A DNA stretch of 32,000 bases, taken from positions 3,750,001 through 3,782,000 of the forward strand of contig NC_017448.1 of the NCBI RefSeq assembly GCF_000146505.1. The letters run 5' to 3'. The notes beneath the pieces are model-generated. The model ran no database searches. It was not told where the DNA came from and worked only from the letters and a program-made list of their open reading frames with translations. The DNA is from Fibrobacter succinogenes subsp. succinogenes S85 (GTDB taxonomy: Bacteria; Fibrobacterota; Fibrobacteria; Fibrobacterales; Fibrobacteraceae). Of the stretch, positions 18,089 to 25,992 are shown in pieces. A program made the translations under genes and the position numbers. Within the stretch, counting starts at the first letter, position 1. Each line of letters begins with the position of its first letter.

Positions 18089-19318
18089 TTATAACTCCTG
18101 TTGAAAAATCTGATCCATTCTTGCAAGCAAAGAATTTTTATTGAAATGCTGCTTTGAATAATTCAAGGCATTTGCGCCAAGCTCATCCCTTTTGAATTGT
18201 TCCATTTGAATGAAATTTTTTATGTTGCGCACAAAGCCGTCAACATCTTCAGAATTGCTAACTAGACCGGCGTGTGCTTCGTTGATTACTTGCTGAACCT
18301 CTCCATCAGCAGAAACCAAAATGGGTTTCCCACAAGCAAGGCACGATTGTGTCTTTGCTGGAATTGTGATGGCAAAAACTTCACTTTTTGATAATGTTAT
18401 TAATAAAGCATCTGCAGCTGCTAAATAAGCGGGAATTTGTTCAGCTGGTTTACGCTCAATAAAGTTGAAGTAATTTTCAAGTTTTAGGCTTTCTATGATT
18501 CCAAGCAATTCAGGCATATAACGCCCGTTTCCTATTATGTTGAAACGAACAATTACACCTTCTTCGCGTAACTTTGCCGCTGCCTTCGGTAATATGCCAA
18601 GTCCCTGAGCAAAACCGATATTCCCTGCGAATACAAAATTGCAAACACCATCATCTGGAATTTCTGAATTGCAACTTTTTTCTACAGGTTTGTAAAAATT
18701 TTCCGCATACTGAGGCCAAAACTCGATTTTACTTTCTGAGATATTGCGCTTTCTTATAGCACCTATAAAACTTTTAGAAGAAGTCAATATGCGAGAAGTT
18801 CTTTTGTAAATGTAATCGACCATTGCTTGGATTGGCCAAATGAAAAGTCGATTGTGTATTCCTGTTATAATTTCAACGTTTTCTGGCCATAAATCGGTAA
18901 CATAGAGAATGTGAGGAATGTGTTTTTTCTTTGCATACCACACACTTACAAGAGCCTGTGTCATGGGTGACACTTCATAAGTGAATACGACATCGGCTTC
19001 AATTTTTGTTTTTTTTATCCATTTTCTACCCGCAAGGACAAAAGACAGATAATTTTTCGCAAGATTGAAAGAACCTTTTTTACGAGGCTCAATTGGAAGA
19101 CGGATAATTTTTATTCCATTCCAAATTTCACTTGTTCTTTCAGTTTTGCTATATCCCTTATAAAATTCGCCTTGCGGATAGTTGGGAATGCCTGTTAAAA
19201 CAGTTACATCATACCCTCTTTTTACCCACTCAATAGCGATATCATTTATCCGGAAAACTTCCGGATAAAAGTATTGAGAGACCAACAGGATACGTAGTTT
19301 GTTTTGTTGTTTTTCCAA
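18089..19318 (-). CDS. wbuB: WbuB-like GT4 glycosyltransferase (typically an L-FucNAc/L-QuiNAc-type transferase)
   Basis: The 409-aa ORF has the N-terminus LRILLVSQYFYPEVFRINDIAIEWVKRGYDVTVLTGIPNYPQGEFYKGY, which matches the WbuB/WcaI-like pattern. It directly abuts the dehydratase gene. Confidence 0.7.
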   Translation of the reverse strand: MEKQQNKLRILLVSQYFYPEVFRINDIAIEWVKRGYDVTVLTGIPNYPQGEFYKGYSKTERTSEIWNGIKIIRLPIEPRKKGSFNLAKNYLSFVLAGRKWIKKTKIEADVVFTYEVSPMTQALVSVWYAKKKHIPHILYVTDLWPENVEIITGIHNRLFIWPIQAMVDYIYKRTSRILTSSKSFIGAIRKRNISESKIEFWPQYAENFYKPVEKSCNSEIPDDGVCNFVFAGNIGFAQGLGILPKAAAKLREEGVIVRFNIIGNGRYMPELLGIIESLKLENYFNFIERKPAEQIPAYLAAADALLITLSKSEVFAITIPAKTQSCLACGKPILVSADGEVQQVINEAHAGLVSNSEDVDGFVRNIKNFIQMEQFKRDELGANALNYSKQHFNKNSLLARMDQIFQQEL

Positions 19319-19320
19319 AC

Positions 19321-20199
19321 TTATCTCTCCGTCTTCTCAATAGCCTCTTGCAGGCTGAATTTCTGGTAGGGTTCCTTGTACACACTCATGGCTTGGTCGT
19401 AGGCCAGGTTGCCAAAAGCCTTGTTCACGAGGCCAGTGGCGTGGCTCATGAGTTTGAGCGCCCAGCCGAATCCGGGGATGAGCACGCAGCACTTGTTATG
19501 AGCCTTGGCAATGAGCGAGATAACCTCGCTGGTGTTGCTGTACTGCGGATTTTGTGGCCAAAAGGTGCCATGTTCGCCGTTTTCAATCATCAGGCGTACG
19601 AATTCCACCAAGTTTCCGATGTAGAGCATGCTGCGCTTGTTTTCGACTTTCGGGAATGCGGGCAGTTTGCGGGCAAGCTTGCTGAGCAGTGGGTAGTTAC
19701 CCTTGCTCCCCTTGCCGAATATCATGGGCGGGCGAAGAATCACCACCTTGAAGGTGTCGCAGTCCAGCGGGCGGATGCCGTTTTCAGCCAGAACCTTGCT
19801 GTCGCCGTAACAATTTGCCGGGTTTACTGGGGTGTCGCACGTGATGAATTTTGGTTTACCGATGGGGGCGCTGTCGCCGTACACGATGGCGCTGCTCATG
19901 AATATGAACTGTTTAACGCCAGCGTCCTTCGCTTTCTTGGCGCATTTCACTGTGAGGTCGGTATTTACAGCGTAGTAGAGTTTCGCACGTTCTTCGCTGA
20001 TTTTACCGTTATCGCTATGGGCGATTCCTGCCACGTGGTAAACAGAGTCGTACTTGCTAAAATCAAAGCTACGCCAGGCGTCACCAATCATGTCGAGTGT
20101 ATCAACTTGGTACTTGCCCGAAAATTCAGGTTGTGTGAGGTAATTGGCAAAGGAGGTGCCGATGTAGCTGTTCGCGCCTGTAATGAGGATGTGGATCAT
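19321..20199 (-). CDS. NAD-dependent epimerase/dehydratase (SDR) family protein
   Basis: The 292-aa ORF has the Rossmann N-terminus ILITGANSYIGTSFANYL and a YGDSK catalytic-type motif. An ATGA overlap links it to the upstream sugar transferase gene. Confidence 0.75.
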   Translation of the reverse strand: MIHILITGANSYIGTSFANYLTQPEFSGKYQVDTLDMIGDAWRSFDFSKYDSVYHVAGIAHSDNGKISEERAKLYYAVNTDLTVKCAKKAKDAGVKQFIFMSSAIVYGDSAPIGKPKFITCDTPVNPANCYGDSKVLAENGIRPLDCDTFKVVILRPPMIFGKGSKGNYPLLSKLARKLPAFPKVENKRSMLYIGNLVEFVRLMIENGEHGTFWPQNPQYSNTSEVISLIAKAHNKCCVLIPGFGWALKLMSHATGLVNKAFGNLAYDQAMSVYKEPYQKFSLQEAIEKTER

Positions 20200-20831
20200 T
20201 GGCGAGCCTCCTGCTCATGCTTGTGGATTTCACCGGTACCGCCTTCTACGACACCGTCACTCTTGAGCACGCTGATAAACGTGCCAAAGAAGCACTTGCA
20301 ATCAAACAAAAAGCTCTGGCGCTTTACGTATTCACCGTCTAGTGCCGCCTTCACAGGAATTTCAAGTTCATCACGACCGTTAATCTGAGCCCAGCCGGTC
20401 AGGCCTACGGGAACGTCATTTGCACCATACTTGTCACGCTCTTCAATCAAGTCGTACTGGTTCCACAGCGCCGGACGCGGGCCGATGATGCTCATGGTCC
20501 CTTCAAAAATGTTGAACATCTGCGGGAGTTCATCAAGGCTCGTCTTGCGGAGGAATCCGCCCACCTTGGTAATCCACTTCTTGGGGTCGCTCAATTCGTG
20601 CGTCGGGGCGTCTTTGGGCGTATCGGTACGCATGGTGCGGAACTTGTAGATGTTAAAATGCTTCTTGTGCAAACCCACGCGTTTTTGCTTGAAGAGTACA
20701 GGACCCTTGCTATCGAGCTTGATGGCGATAGCGATTACAAGCATCGGGATTGCAAGTACGATGATGCCAAAACCGGAAAGGACGATATCAAAAAGTCGCT
20801 TAAAAAAGAGTGTATAGGGAGTCTTATGCAC
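20196..20831 (-). CDS. Initiating phosphoglycosyl transferase (small monotopic 'bacterial sugar transferase', PglC/WbaP-C-terminal type)
   Basis: The 211-aa ORF reads KRLFDIVLSGFGIIVLAIPMLVIAIAIKLDSKGPVLFKQKRVGLHKKHFNIYKFRTM...DELPQMFNIFEGTMSIIGPRP, which is the hallmark of the family. Confidence 0.9.
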   Translation of the reverse strand: MHKTPYTLFFKRLFDIVLSGFGIIVLAIPMLVIAIAIKLDSKGPVLFKQKRVGLHKKHFNIYKFRTMRTDTPKDAPTHELSDPKKWITKVGGFLRKTSLDELPQMFNIFEGTMSIIGPRPALWNQYDLIEERDKYGANDVPVGLTGWAQINGRDELEIPVKAALDGEYVKRQSFLFDCKCFFGTFISVLKSDGVVEGGTGEIHKHEQEARQ

Positions 20832-21342
20832 GATAGGTCTCCTGAGCCAAAATGTGCGTACCAGCCGGGACCACAGCGAGTGTGTTCACGACGGCGTTGC
20901 AGTCTACATGGCAGAATTCACCGACAGTCGCATTATGGCGGATTACAGCTCCGCTAGCGATAAAAGAAGCCTGTTTGATTACCGCTCCAGTTTGCACAGT
21001 AGCATTCGGTTCCACGCAGCAGCCCGCTTCGAGTTGTGCAGACGGGCTCACGTACGCCGTGGGGTGAACAAGAGTCGCCTGGGTAAAACTGTTTTGCTGT
21101 AGTTGCTCGGTAAGCTTGCGACGAAGTGCCGGATTGCCGATGGCCACAAAGCCAAATTTGAACTGCTCCGCGAATTTCGGGAGATCAGCCGTTGTGCCGA
21201 TTATGTCAGTACCGTCTAAGGTGTTAAACGAGTCGTCGAGGAACGCGATGCGGCCAAAAACGCCCATGGCTTCGGCAATTTCCTTCGCCATGACGCCATA
21301 CTGACCTGCGCCCAGAATAAGCAGATTATTCTGCGAGAGCAC
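20824..21342 (-). CDS. NeuD/PglD-family sugar N/O-acetyltransferase (left-handed beta-helix)
   Basis: The 172-aa ORF has a GTG start, an N-terminal Rossmann-like LLILGAGQYGVMAKEIA and C-terminal hexapeptide repeats (VHPTAYVSPSAQLEAGCCVEPNATVQTGAVI...). It is the first gene of the minus-strand operon. Confidence 0.7.
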   Translation of the reverse strand: MLSQNNLLILGAGQYGVMAKEIAEAMGVFGRIAFLDDSFNTLDGTDIIGTTADLPKFAEQFKFGFVAIGNPALRRKLTEQLQQNSFTQATLVHPTAYVSPSAQLEAGCCVEPNATVQTGAVIKQASFIASGAVIRHNATVGEFCHVDCNAVVNTLAVVPAGTHILAQETYRA

Positions 21343-21343
21343 T

Positions 21344-21370
21344 TACCGCAACCTCGGGGTAGTTGCGGTA
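21344..21370 (-). promoter_or_regulatory. 9-bp stem hairpin (TACCGCAAC, 9-nt loop, GTTGCGGTA) directly abutting the GTG start of the first operon gene. The GAGG Shine-Dalgarno-like element sits at the loop/stem junction.
   Basis: Read directly from the sequence: 21344-21352 is the reverse complement of 21362-21370. On the mRNA (minus) strand the 3' arm ends 1 nt before the GTG at 21342-21340. Confidence 0.35.
21356..21370 (+). repeat. Left copy of a perfect 15-bp direct repeat, GGGGTAGTTGCGGTA
   Basis: This is an exact match to 28049-28063 on the same strand. It lies about 14 bp outside the start of the minus-strand operon. Confidence 0.9.
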
Positions 21371-21436
21371 GGGGAGGGCGAGACTGCTGCAGAACCTCAT
21401 TTTTTCTGAAATTGTATCGCAACCATAAAAAAGAGC

Positions 21437-21465
21437 TTGACAAAATCCAAAATTTAGTGTACGTT
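21437..21465 (+). promoter_or_regulatory. Possible sigma70-like promoter (TTGACA, 17-nt spacer, TACGTT) facing the Panacea-like remnant
   Basis: Motif match only. The promoter grammar of the host is unknown. Confidence 0.2.
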
Positions 21466-21559
21466 TGTGTAGTGGTTGTGCCGGACTCGGCTATTTTCGC
21501 AGTCATCTGGAATTGACGCGCAGGGGAAACTAGAGTATCTTTGGACGTAAGGAGCTAAA

Positions 21560-21872
21560 ATGGAAAATGTCGCTCTATGCGTCCAATTCGCTGCACCTGC
21601 CACTCCCCGAAAACTCCATTACTGAACTCAAGCCGGTTTTTGACTCGGTGTTCTCCCGGTATGCGGGGCGCAGTAGCTGGAGTCTTAGTGACCTGACGCA
21701 TGGTGAAACATCATGGCAGAATGCCCGCAAGGGGCTTGCGCGAGATGCTGCTGGCAACGTTCCTATGTCCATAGACGATATCAGGCACGATGCCGAATAC
21801 ATCAAACTGCGACGCTGTGTGATGCCTGCAGTCCGCTCTTTGTTCAAGGAAAACGCTTTTGAAAATCACTGA
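21560..21872 (+). pseudogene. Decayed Panacea (DUF4065, SocA/PanA-like antitoxin) domain gene
   Basis: The 101-aa ORF (21567-21872) contains ...VFSRYAGRSSWSLSDLTHGETSWQNARKG..., which resembles only the C-terminal half of DUF4065. The N-terminal KLQKLLYY-type half is missing. A strong SD plus ATG (AAGGAGctaaaATG at 21560) opens a different frame that stops after 21 codons, which suggests a frameshift or deletion. Confidence 0.4.
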
Positions 21873-21944
21873 TTCGCAAAAAAAAAGTTGTTGATTCTCT
21901 CGTATGCGAGAGGTTGCATAGCAAGCCTCAAAACAAGGATATCG

Positions 21945-22081
21945 TCCAAAAGTTTTGTAACAAACGCAACGATGGTATCGCAAAGACTTTGCGAGAAAAC
22001 GTTCTTGCCAAAAAGCGGTTCGCCCTTACGGAACTGTTCCTTGGCCTTCGCCATTACGGAGTTCAGTTCTTCGTTTGTCAT
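21945..22081 (-). mobile_element. N-terminal remnant of an IS256-family (mutator-type) transposase gene
   Basis: In the ORF 21866-22087, MTNEELNSVMAKAKEQFRKGEPLFGKNVFSQSLCDTIVAFV resembles the conserved IS256-family N-terminus (...LKSGKPLFGKDGAFAPLLESILNAAL...). Similarity is lost after about 45 codons and there is no catalytic DDE region. The coordinates of the remnant are approximate. Confidence 0.4.
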
Positions 22082-22248
22082 TGTCACAATCCTTTCCTAC
22101 ATTATAGTAAGGTTTTGGGTTATTGGCTGTGGATTGTGACACCGTTTAATTTACAGCCTCCCGTCACTTCGTGATAAACTTAAATTACCCATTAGGCTCA
22201 ACAGGCAAGACTAGTAAACTTCGCATATCCCATATTCTGTAGGGCTTA

Positions 22249-22287
22249 TTGACTATATTTCCTGCAAATAGAATATTCGTATTTTTG
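22249..22287 (+). promoter_or_regulatory. Candidate promoter for the 1197-aa gene
   Basis: There is TTGACT (22249-22254), a 17-nt spacer and AATATT (22272-22277). Alternatively, TATTTTTG at 22280-22287 fits a Bacteroidota-style TAnnTTTG element. Motif match only. Confidence 0.2.
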
Positions 22288-22302
22288 ATTTAATCGAAAA
22301 AG

Positions 22303-25300
22303 ATGGAGTCTCAAATGATAGATTACGACACCCTCCAAAGCGACGAAAGTTTAATCAACGCATATTTAGTCAAAAGTAGCTCTAGAACATATAAAGAATA
22401 CAATGAACTTTCCTGGGATTCTGCATCATTCTTTGCCAAAATTATTCTCGCATCCCAAAACAATGTCGCTTTAGATGCTGCCACAATACAAACAGAAATT
22501 AATTTGTTTAATGAAAATAATCTCACTAACGTTTCTTTAAACTATCTTTTGGGCAAATTTTGGCTAAGGAGTATTGCTGGGCAAATAAAAATTTCTGGTG
22601 CAATACTTCACCTATTAACCGATAATAATGGATTCAAACTTCCAAAAGAAATTGACAATAAAGAATTGCTTGACAATTTTGGTTTCATGGAATTTCTTGC
22701 CGAGAAATACAGATACGAAGATTCTAGGTCCTGCGAAATCCCCTTACAACGCTTTAATTCCATTTATACTCAATTCAAGGATTTCTATCCTAAAGCGCCA
22801 CCTTTGGAATCTCTTTTGCAAGATTTTAAAATAACCAAAAAAAATGACAAATACATTTTTAACTTATGGCAAACAGTAGGTAAAGTCAATCAAACATCAT
22901 TATCTGCTCAAATTCTGTACTCATTACTCCAATCAAGAGACTTTCATAATGATACCGAAATAATAAAAGAATGGTTGAAAGCAACTCAATTTATTTTTAA
23001 ACCTGAAGTATATCAAAACCTTCCTGAATGGGAAAAAACACGTTACCTAATAGCTGCAAAAAATATATTATCAACGGAACAAGATTTAGAGGACGGTTTT
23101 GAAGATGAAAAAATCTTTCTAAATGAAGATTTGGCCCATTACTCATTCCTTTCAGCTAAAGACATCGTGTTAAAAACAGGTGTTTCCAACTACTCAATCA
23201 AATATAACGAACTGTTTATCAAATGGTTGAAGTTTTATTCCAAACGAAAATGGAAAATTTCCTTTTTAGATTTCAACATTCGTGAAGATTATGTGAAATT
23301 ATTACAATCATTACTAATCAATTCAATACAAGAACCCGATGCCTTTGATGTAACAGAATTATTTGAAAATAGACCATATTTACTCAATCAAACCATTTTT
23401 TATTTAAACAGGGTTAATCCAACGCGACTTCTCGCATATATTGATAATGATAAATATGGTTTAATCTTCTTTTGTTCATTCCTGTTCTTATGTGAAGATC
23501 AATTCTATAAGCAAAAGCCTAATGAGCATATTCCATTCGCAATTATTGAAAAATATGCGCAAACATTCGTCCAAAAAAATTTAATTCCTAAAAAAAATTT
23601 TAAACATGCTGCTTTATTTTTGATGCTTTTAGTCAAAGGAATCTATGATAGTAGATGGTCGGAGTTGTATAAAATTGTATATGAAAAAATAATAATAGAG
23701 ATTCCATTCCAGAGTCCTTCTTCAATATTCTTTAAGACGGCTTTAGACGTCTACAACAACTATCAACAACCTATTTGGGAAGAACGTGTTAGACAAATAA
23801 AAATATGCGCATTTCACTATCTGTTCTTTTTTCTAAATCGGACAGAAGCTCAAGAAAAAGAGGAATGTTTTTCTTTAATAAATACTTTATATAATGATTC
23901 CGTATTTCAAAATGATTCTTTCAGTTATTGGAGCGAATGGAATGAAATAGATAAACTTGATTGGAGTACTTTCTTTAATTGGTTGTTTAAGCACAACAAA
24001 CTTAGTTCTTTTTGCCAAGAAATCAAAAACCATTTAAATTATGACCCTAACGAGCAGAATTTTGATAAACAAATGTCTAGTCCAAAGAAACTCCGTTTCC
24101 ACTTGAAGATACTCTGCTCTGTATATTGTGAATGGAGAAAGCATGAAGATAACGATAAAATCAACTTACTAGAATCAAACATCGTTCAAATTCTAAACAG
24201 TTGTTTTGTTAATAAACCCGAAAAACAAAAATTCGCCATTTTTGAAGCTGTACATGAGTCAAATTTCGGCGCTGATTTTAACAACGAATTGTTCCCTCTT
24301 GTGATATCAACAATAAAATTATTTGATAAATCAAACCGAAAAAAGATTCTTGTTGCTCTCTCTATGGGCGATGACCCTAGACTGCAAATCAAGGCATATA
24401 ATCATCTTCCAAACACAGAAGACAAAGATTACATAAAGGATTCTATAAACCTAACAGAAGACATTGATTATCACTTCAACACATTTGATGACTTTACCTC
24501 TTTTTTACGCGATTTGTACAATTCTCATCTTAACGATGATTTTGCCGACATGCTTCTAAAGAAATTAGATAATCAGGTCAGGCAACGTGTAAAAGACCAA
24601 GTTGCGGCACCTTTTGTGCTAGATACTGAAATTCTAAAAATCTACAATTTATATTGGAAAAAAGATGTAGAAAACTTAATTCAATACAAATGCCTATACG
24701 AAGACTATTCTGGACGCTATAAAGAATCCCTTATTGATCTAAAAAACGAACAATATTACTTGATTTCATTACTAAAAATAGAACAGAAGGCTTACAACGA
24801 AGCTTGGCTCTATATAAACCGAATAAAAGAAGGGAATTCAACAAAATTAAAATACAAGGCTGCTCGCTTGTATTTAAAATTTCACACACTTCAAGGAAAA
24901 GAGGTGCTTGCCCCTCTATTACAAGAAATCCAAAAAATTGAGAAGACTGAAACCAGACAACCGCAAGATTGGTACTACTTGTACCTTACAAAAGTAGCAC
25001 TATACTCCAGCATGGACAAAGAAGAAGATCTTTTAAATCTATATCATTCTTTAGGAAGTAATCAAAGCGAACTTCAACTGGTAAAACCCATTGTTGAATA
25101 CTTTATAAGCCGTCAAAATTGGCAAATGGCTATTCAAACGTTCAACACAATTAAAGTCTCTAATGAAGAAAAAGAGGAGTACAATTCTCTAAAATCGAAA
25201 ATATCTTGGGCAGATGAAATTCCAATTCTAAAAAACAGTTACCTTCAAATTCTTGGCCTGCCCAATGACTATCGTTTCAAAGTTTTACCACCATCCATCA

Positions 25301-25896
25301 GCAAACATAGCAATAATCCAGGTCTTTTTGTAGTCTATGACTTATGTACTGCGTTAAACATTCTTTTGAAGAAAATAAAAGCAGTCTCCGCCAGCTCTTC
25401 ACACATGTCGGAAGATTACAAAACAGATCTATTACAATCTATTCTAAATGGTAGACTTTCCATGCTCGGCTACAAATTTGAGGATCAAAACAGAAGCGGT
25501 CAATCGGCAGGAAAAGGTAAGCAAGCTGGCGAACTTGACCTATCCATGGATTTAGGTTGTAGTACGGTTGTTCTAGAGGCCATTAATTGCAACGGATGGA
25601 ATGCCGATTTAAAAAAACATATAGAAAAGGTATTCAACTACGACCCGTCAAGACATATTTTGATAAATCTAATGTACTATGAAGGGAAAAACGACGAATT
25701 TTTCTCAAAATGGGATGTTATAAAAAAATACGTAACCGACAACACTAAGGTCAATTACCCGCTAAATTATGGTATCATAGATCAACAAGAAATTTCAAAT
25801 ATAACGCAGAACAATAGCATAAAGGTATTGAAGTGTGTACACGAAAACAATTTGGAATTTTACCACATATTCGCAAATTTTAGCTACTATACTTAA
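22303..25896 (+). CDS. Orphan 1197-aa protein of unknown function: a long helical N-terminal region, TPR-like repeats (about aa 815-955) and a C-terminal PD-(D/E)xK-like nuclease-fold module (about aa 1037-1125)
   Basis: This is an uninterrupted 3.6-kb ORF in the most AT-rich part of the window. I see no Walker A/B, HNH, DEAD or SIR2/TIR-like motif by eye. The C-terminus reads EDYKTDLLQSILNGRLSMLGYKFEDQNRSG...GELDLSMDLGCSTVVLEAIN, which resembles the E...SE..G.GR.D(n)ExK core of PDDEXK_9-type nucleases. Confidence 0.85.
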   Translation: MESQMIDYDTLQSDESLINAYLVKSSSRTYKEYNELSWDSASFFAKIILASQNNVALDAATIQTEINLFNENNLTNVSLNYLLGKFWLRSIAGQIKISGAILHLLTDNNGFKLPKEIDNKELLDNFGFMEFLAEKYRYEDSRSCEIPLQRFNSIYTQFKDFYPKAPPLESLLQDFKITKKNDKYIFNLWQTVGKVNQTSLSAQILYSLLQSRDFHNDTEIIKEWLKATQFIFKPEVYQNLPEWEKTRYLIAAKNILSTEQDLEDGFEDEKIFLNEDLAHYSFLSAKDIVLKTGVSNYSIKYNELFIKWLKFYSKRKWKISFLDFNIREDYVKLLQSLLINSIQEPDAFDVTELFENRPYLLNQTIFYLNRVNPTRLLAYIDNDKYGLIFFCSFLFLCEDQFYKQKPNEHIPFAIIEKYAQTFVQKNLIPKKNFKHAALFLMLLVKGIYDSRWSELYKIVYEKIIIEIPFQSPSSIFFKTALDVYNNYQQPIWEERVRQIKICAFHYLFFFLNRTEAQEKEECFSLINTLYNDSVFQNDSFSYWSEWNEIDKLDWSTFFNWLFKHNKLSSFCQEIKNHLNYDPNEQNFDKQMSSPKKLRFHLKILCSVYCEWRKHEDNDKINLLESNIVQILNSCFVNKPEKQKFAIFEAVHESNFGADFNNELFPLVISTIKLFDKSNRKKILVALSMGDDPRLQIKAYNHLPNTEDKDYIKDSINLTEDIDYHFNTFDDFTSFLRDLYNSHLNDDFADMLLKKLDNQVRQRVKDQVAAPFVLDTEILKIYNLYWKKDVENLIQYKCLYEDYSGRYKESLIDLKNEQYYLISLLKIEQKAYNEAWLYINRIKEGNSTKLKYKAARLYLKFHTLQGKEVLAPLLQEIQKIEKTETRQPQDWYYLYLTKVALYSSMDKEEDLLNLYHSLGSNQSELQLVKPIVEYFISRQNWQMAIQTFNTIKVSNEEKEEYNSLKSKISWADEIPILKNSYLQILGLPNDYRFKVLPPSISKHSNNPGLFVVYDLCTALNILLKKIKAVSASSSHMSEDYKTDLLQSILNGRLSMLGYKFEDQNRSGQSAGKGKQAGELDLSMDLGCSTVVLEAINCNGWNADLKKHIEKVFNYDPSRHILINLMYYEGKNDEFFSKWDVIKKYVTDNTKVNYPLNYGIIDQQEISNITQNNSIKVLKCVHENNLEFYHIFANFSYYT

Positions 25897-25992
25897 TTTC
25901 AAAAAAAGGAAAGTGACACTTAAAAGATTACCTATGTAGAACAGAAACTTTTTTGCGAAAGCCCCTTGACACAGCCAGTTTGTTTTACATTC

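Noticed and set aside
19348-20388. A 346-aa plus-strand ORF, with similar long antisense ORFs at 28142-29215 (-), 29038-30363 (-), 30279-31328 (-), 903-1643 (+), 3339-4160 (+) and 4488-5192 (+).
   Set aside because: Each lies entirely antisense to a gene with clear family motifs. Their translations are low-complexity and rich in R/A/V/H, typical of shadow frames, and they are longest in the GC-rich segments, where random stop codons are rare. I see no independent start or SD context or recognisable motif.
21344-21424. GCAAC/GTTGC-containing inverted repeats as a possible invertible-promoter (shufflon or Mpi-type) switch for the glycan operon.
   Set aside because: The inverted arms are only 9 nt apart, which is far too short to hold an invertible promoter segment. 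No site-specific recombinase gene is nearby.
25495-25530. The GQSAGKGKQAG stretch in the 1197-aa protein as a possible P-loop.
   Set aside because: The spacing is G-x3-G-K-G rather than G-x4-G-K-[ST]. No Walker B-like hhhhD/E follows at a suitable distance. The stretch sits inside the nuclease-like module as a probable loop insertion.
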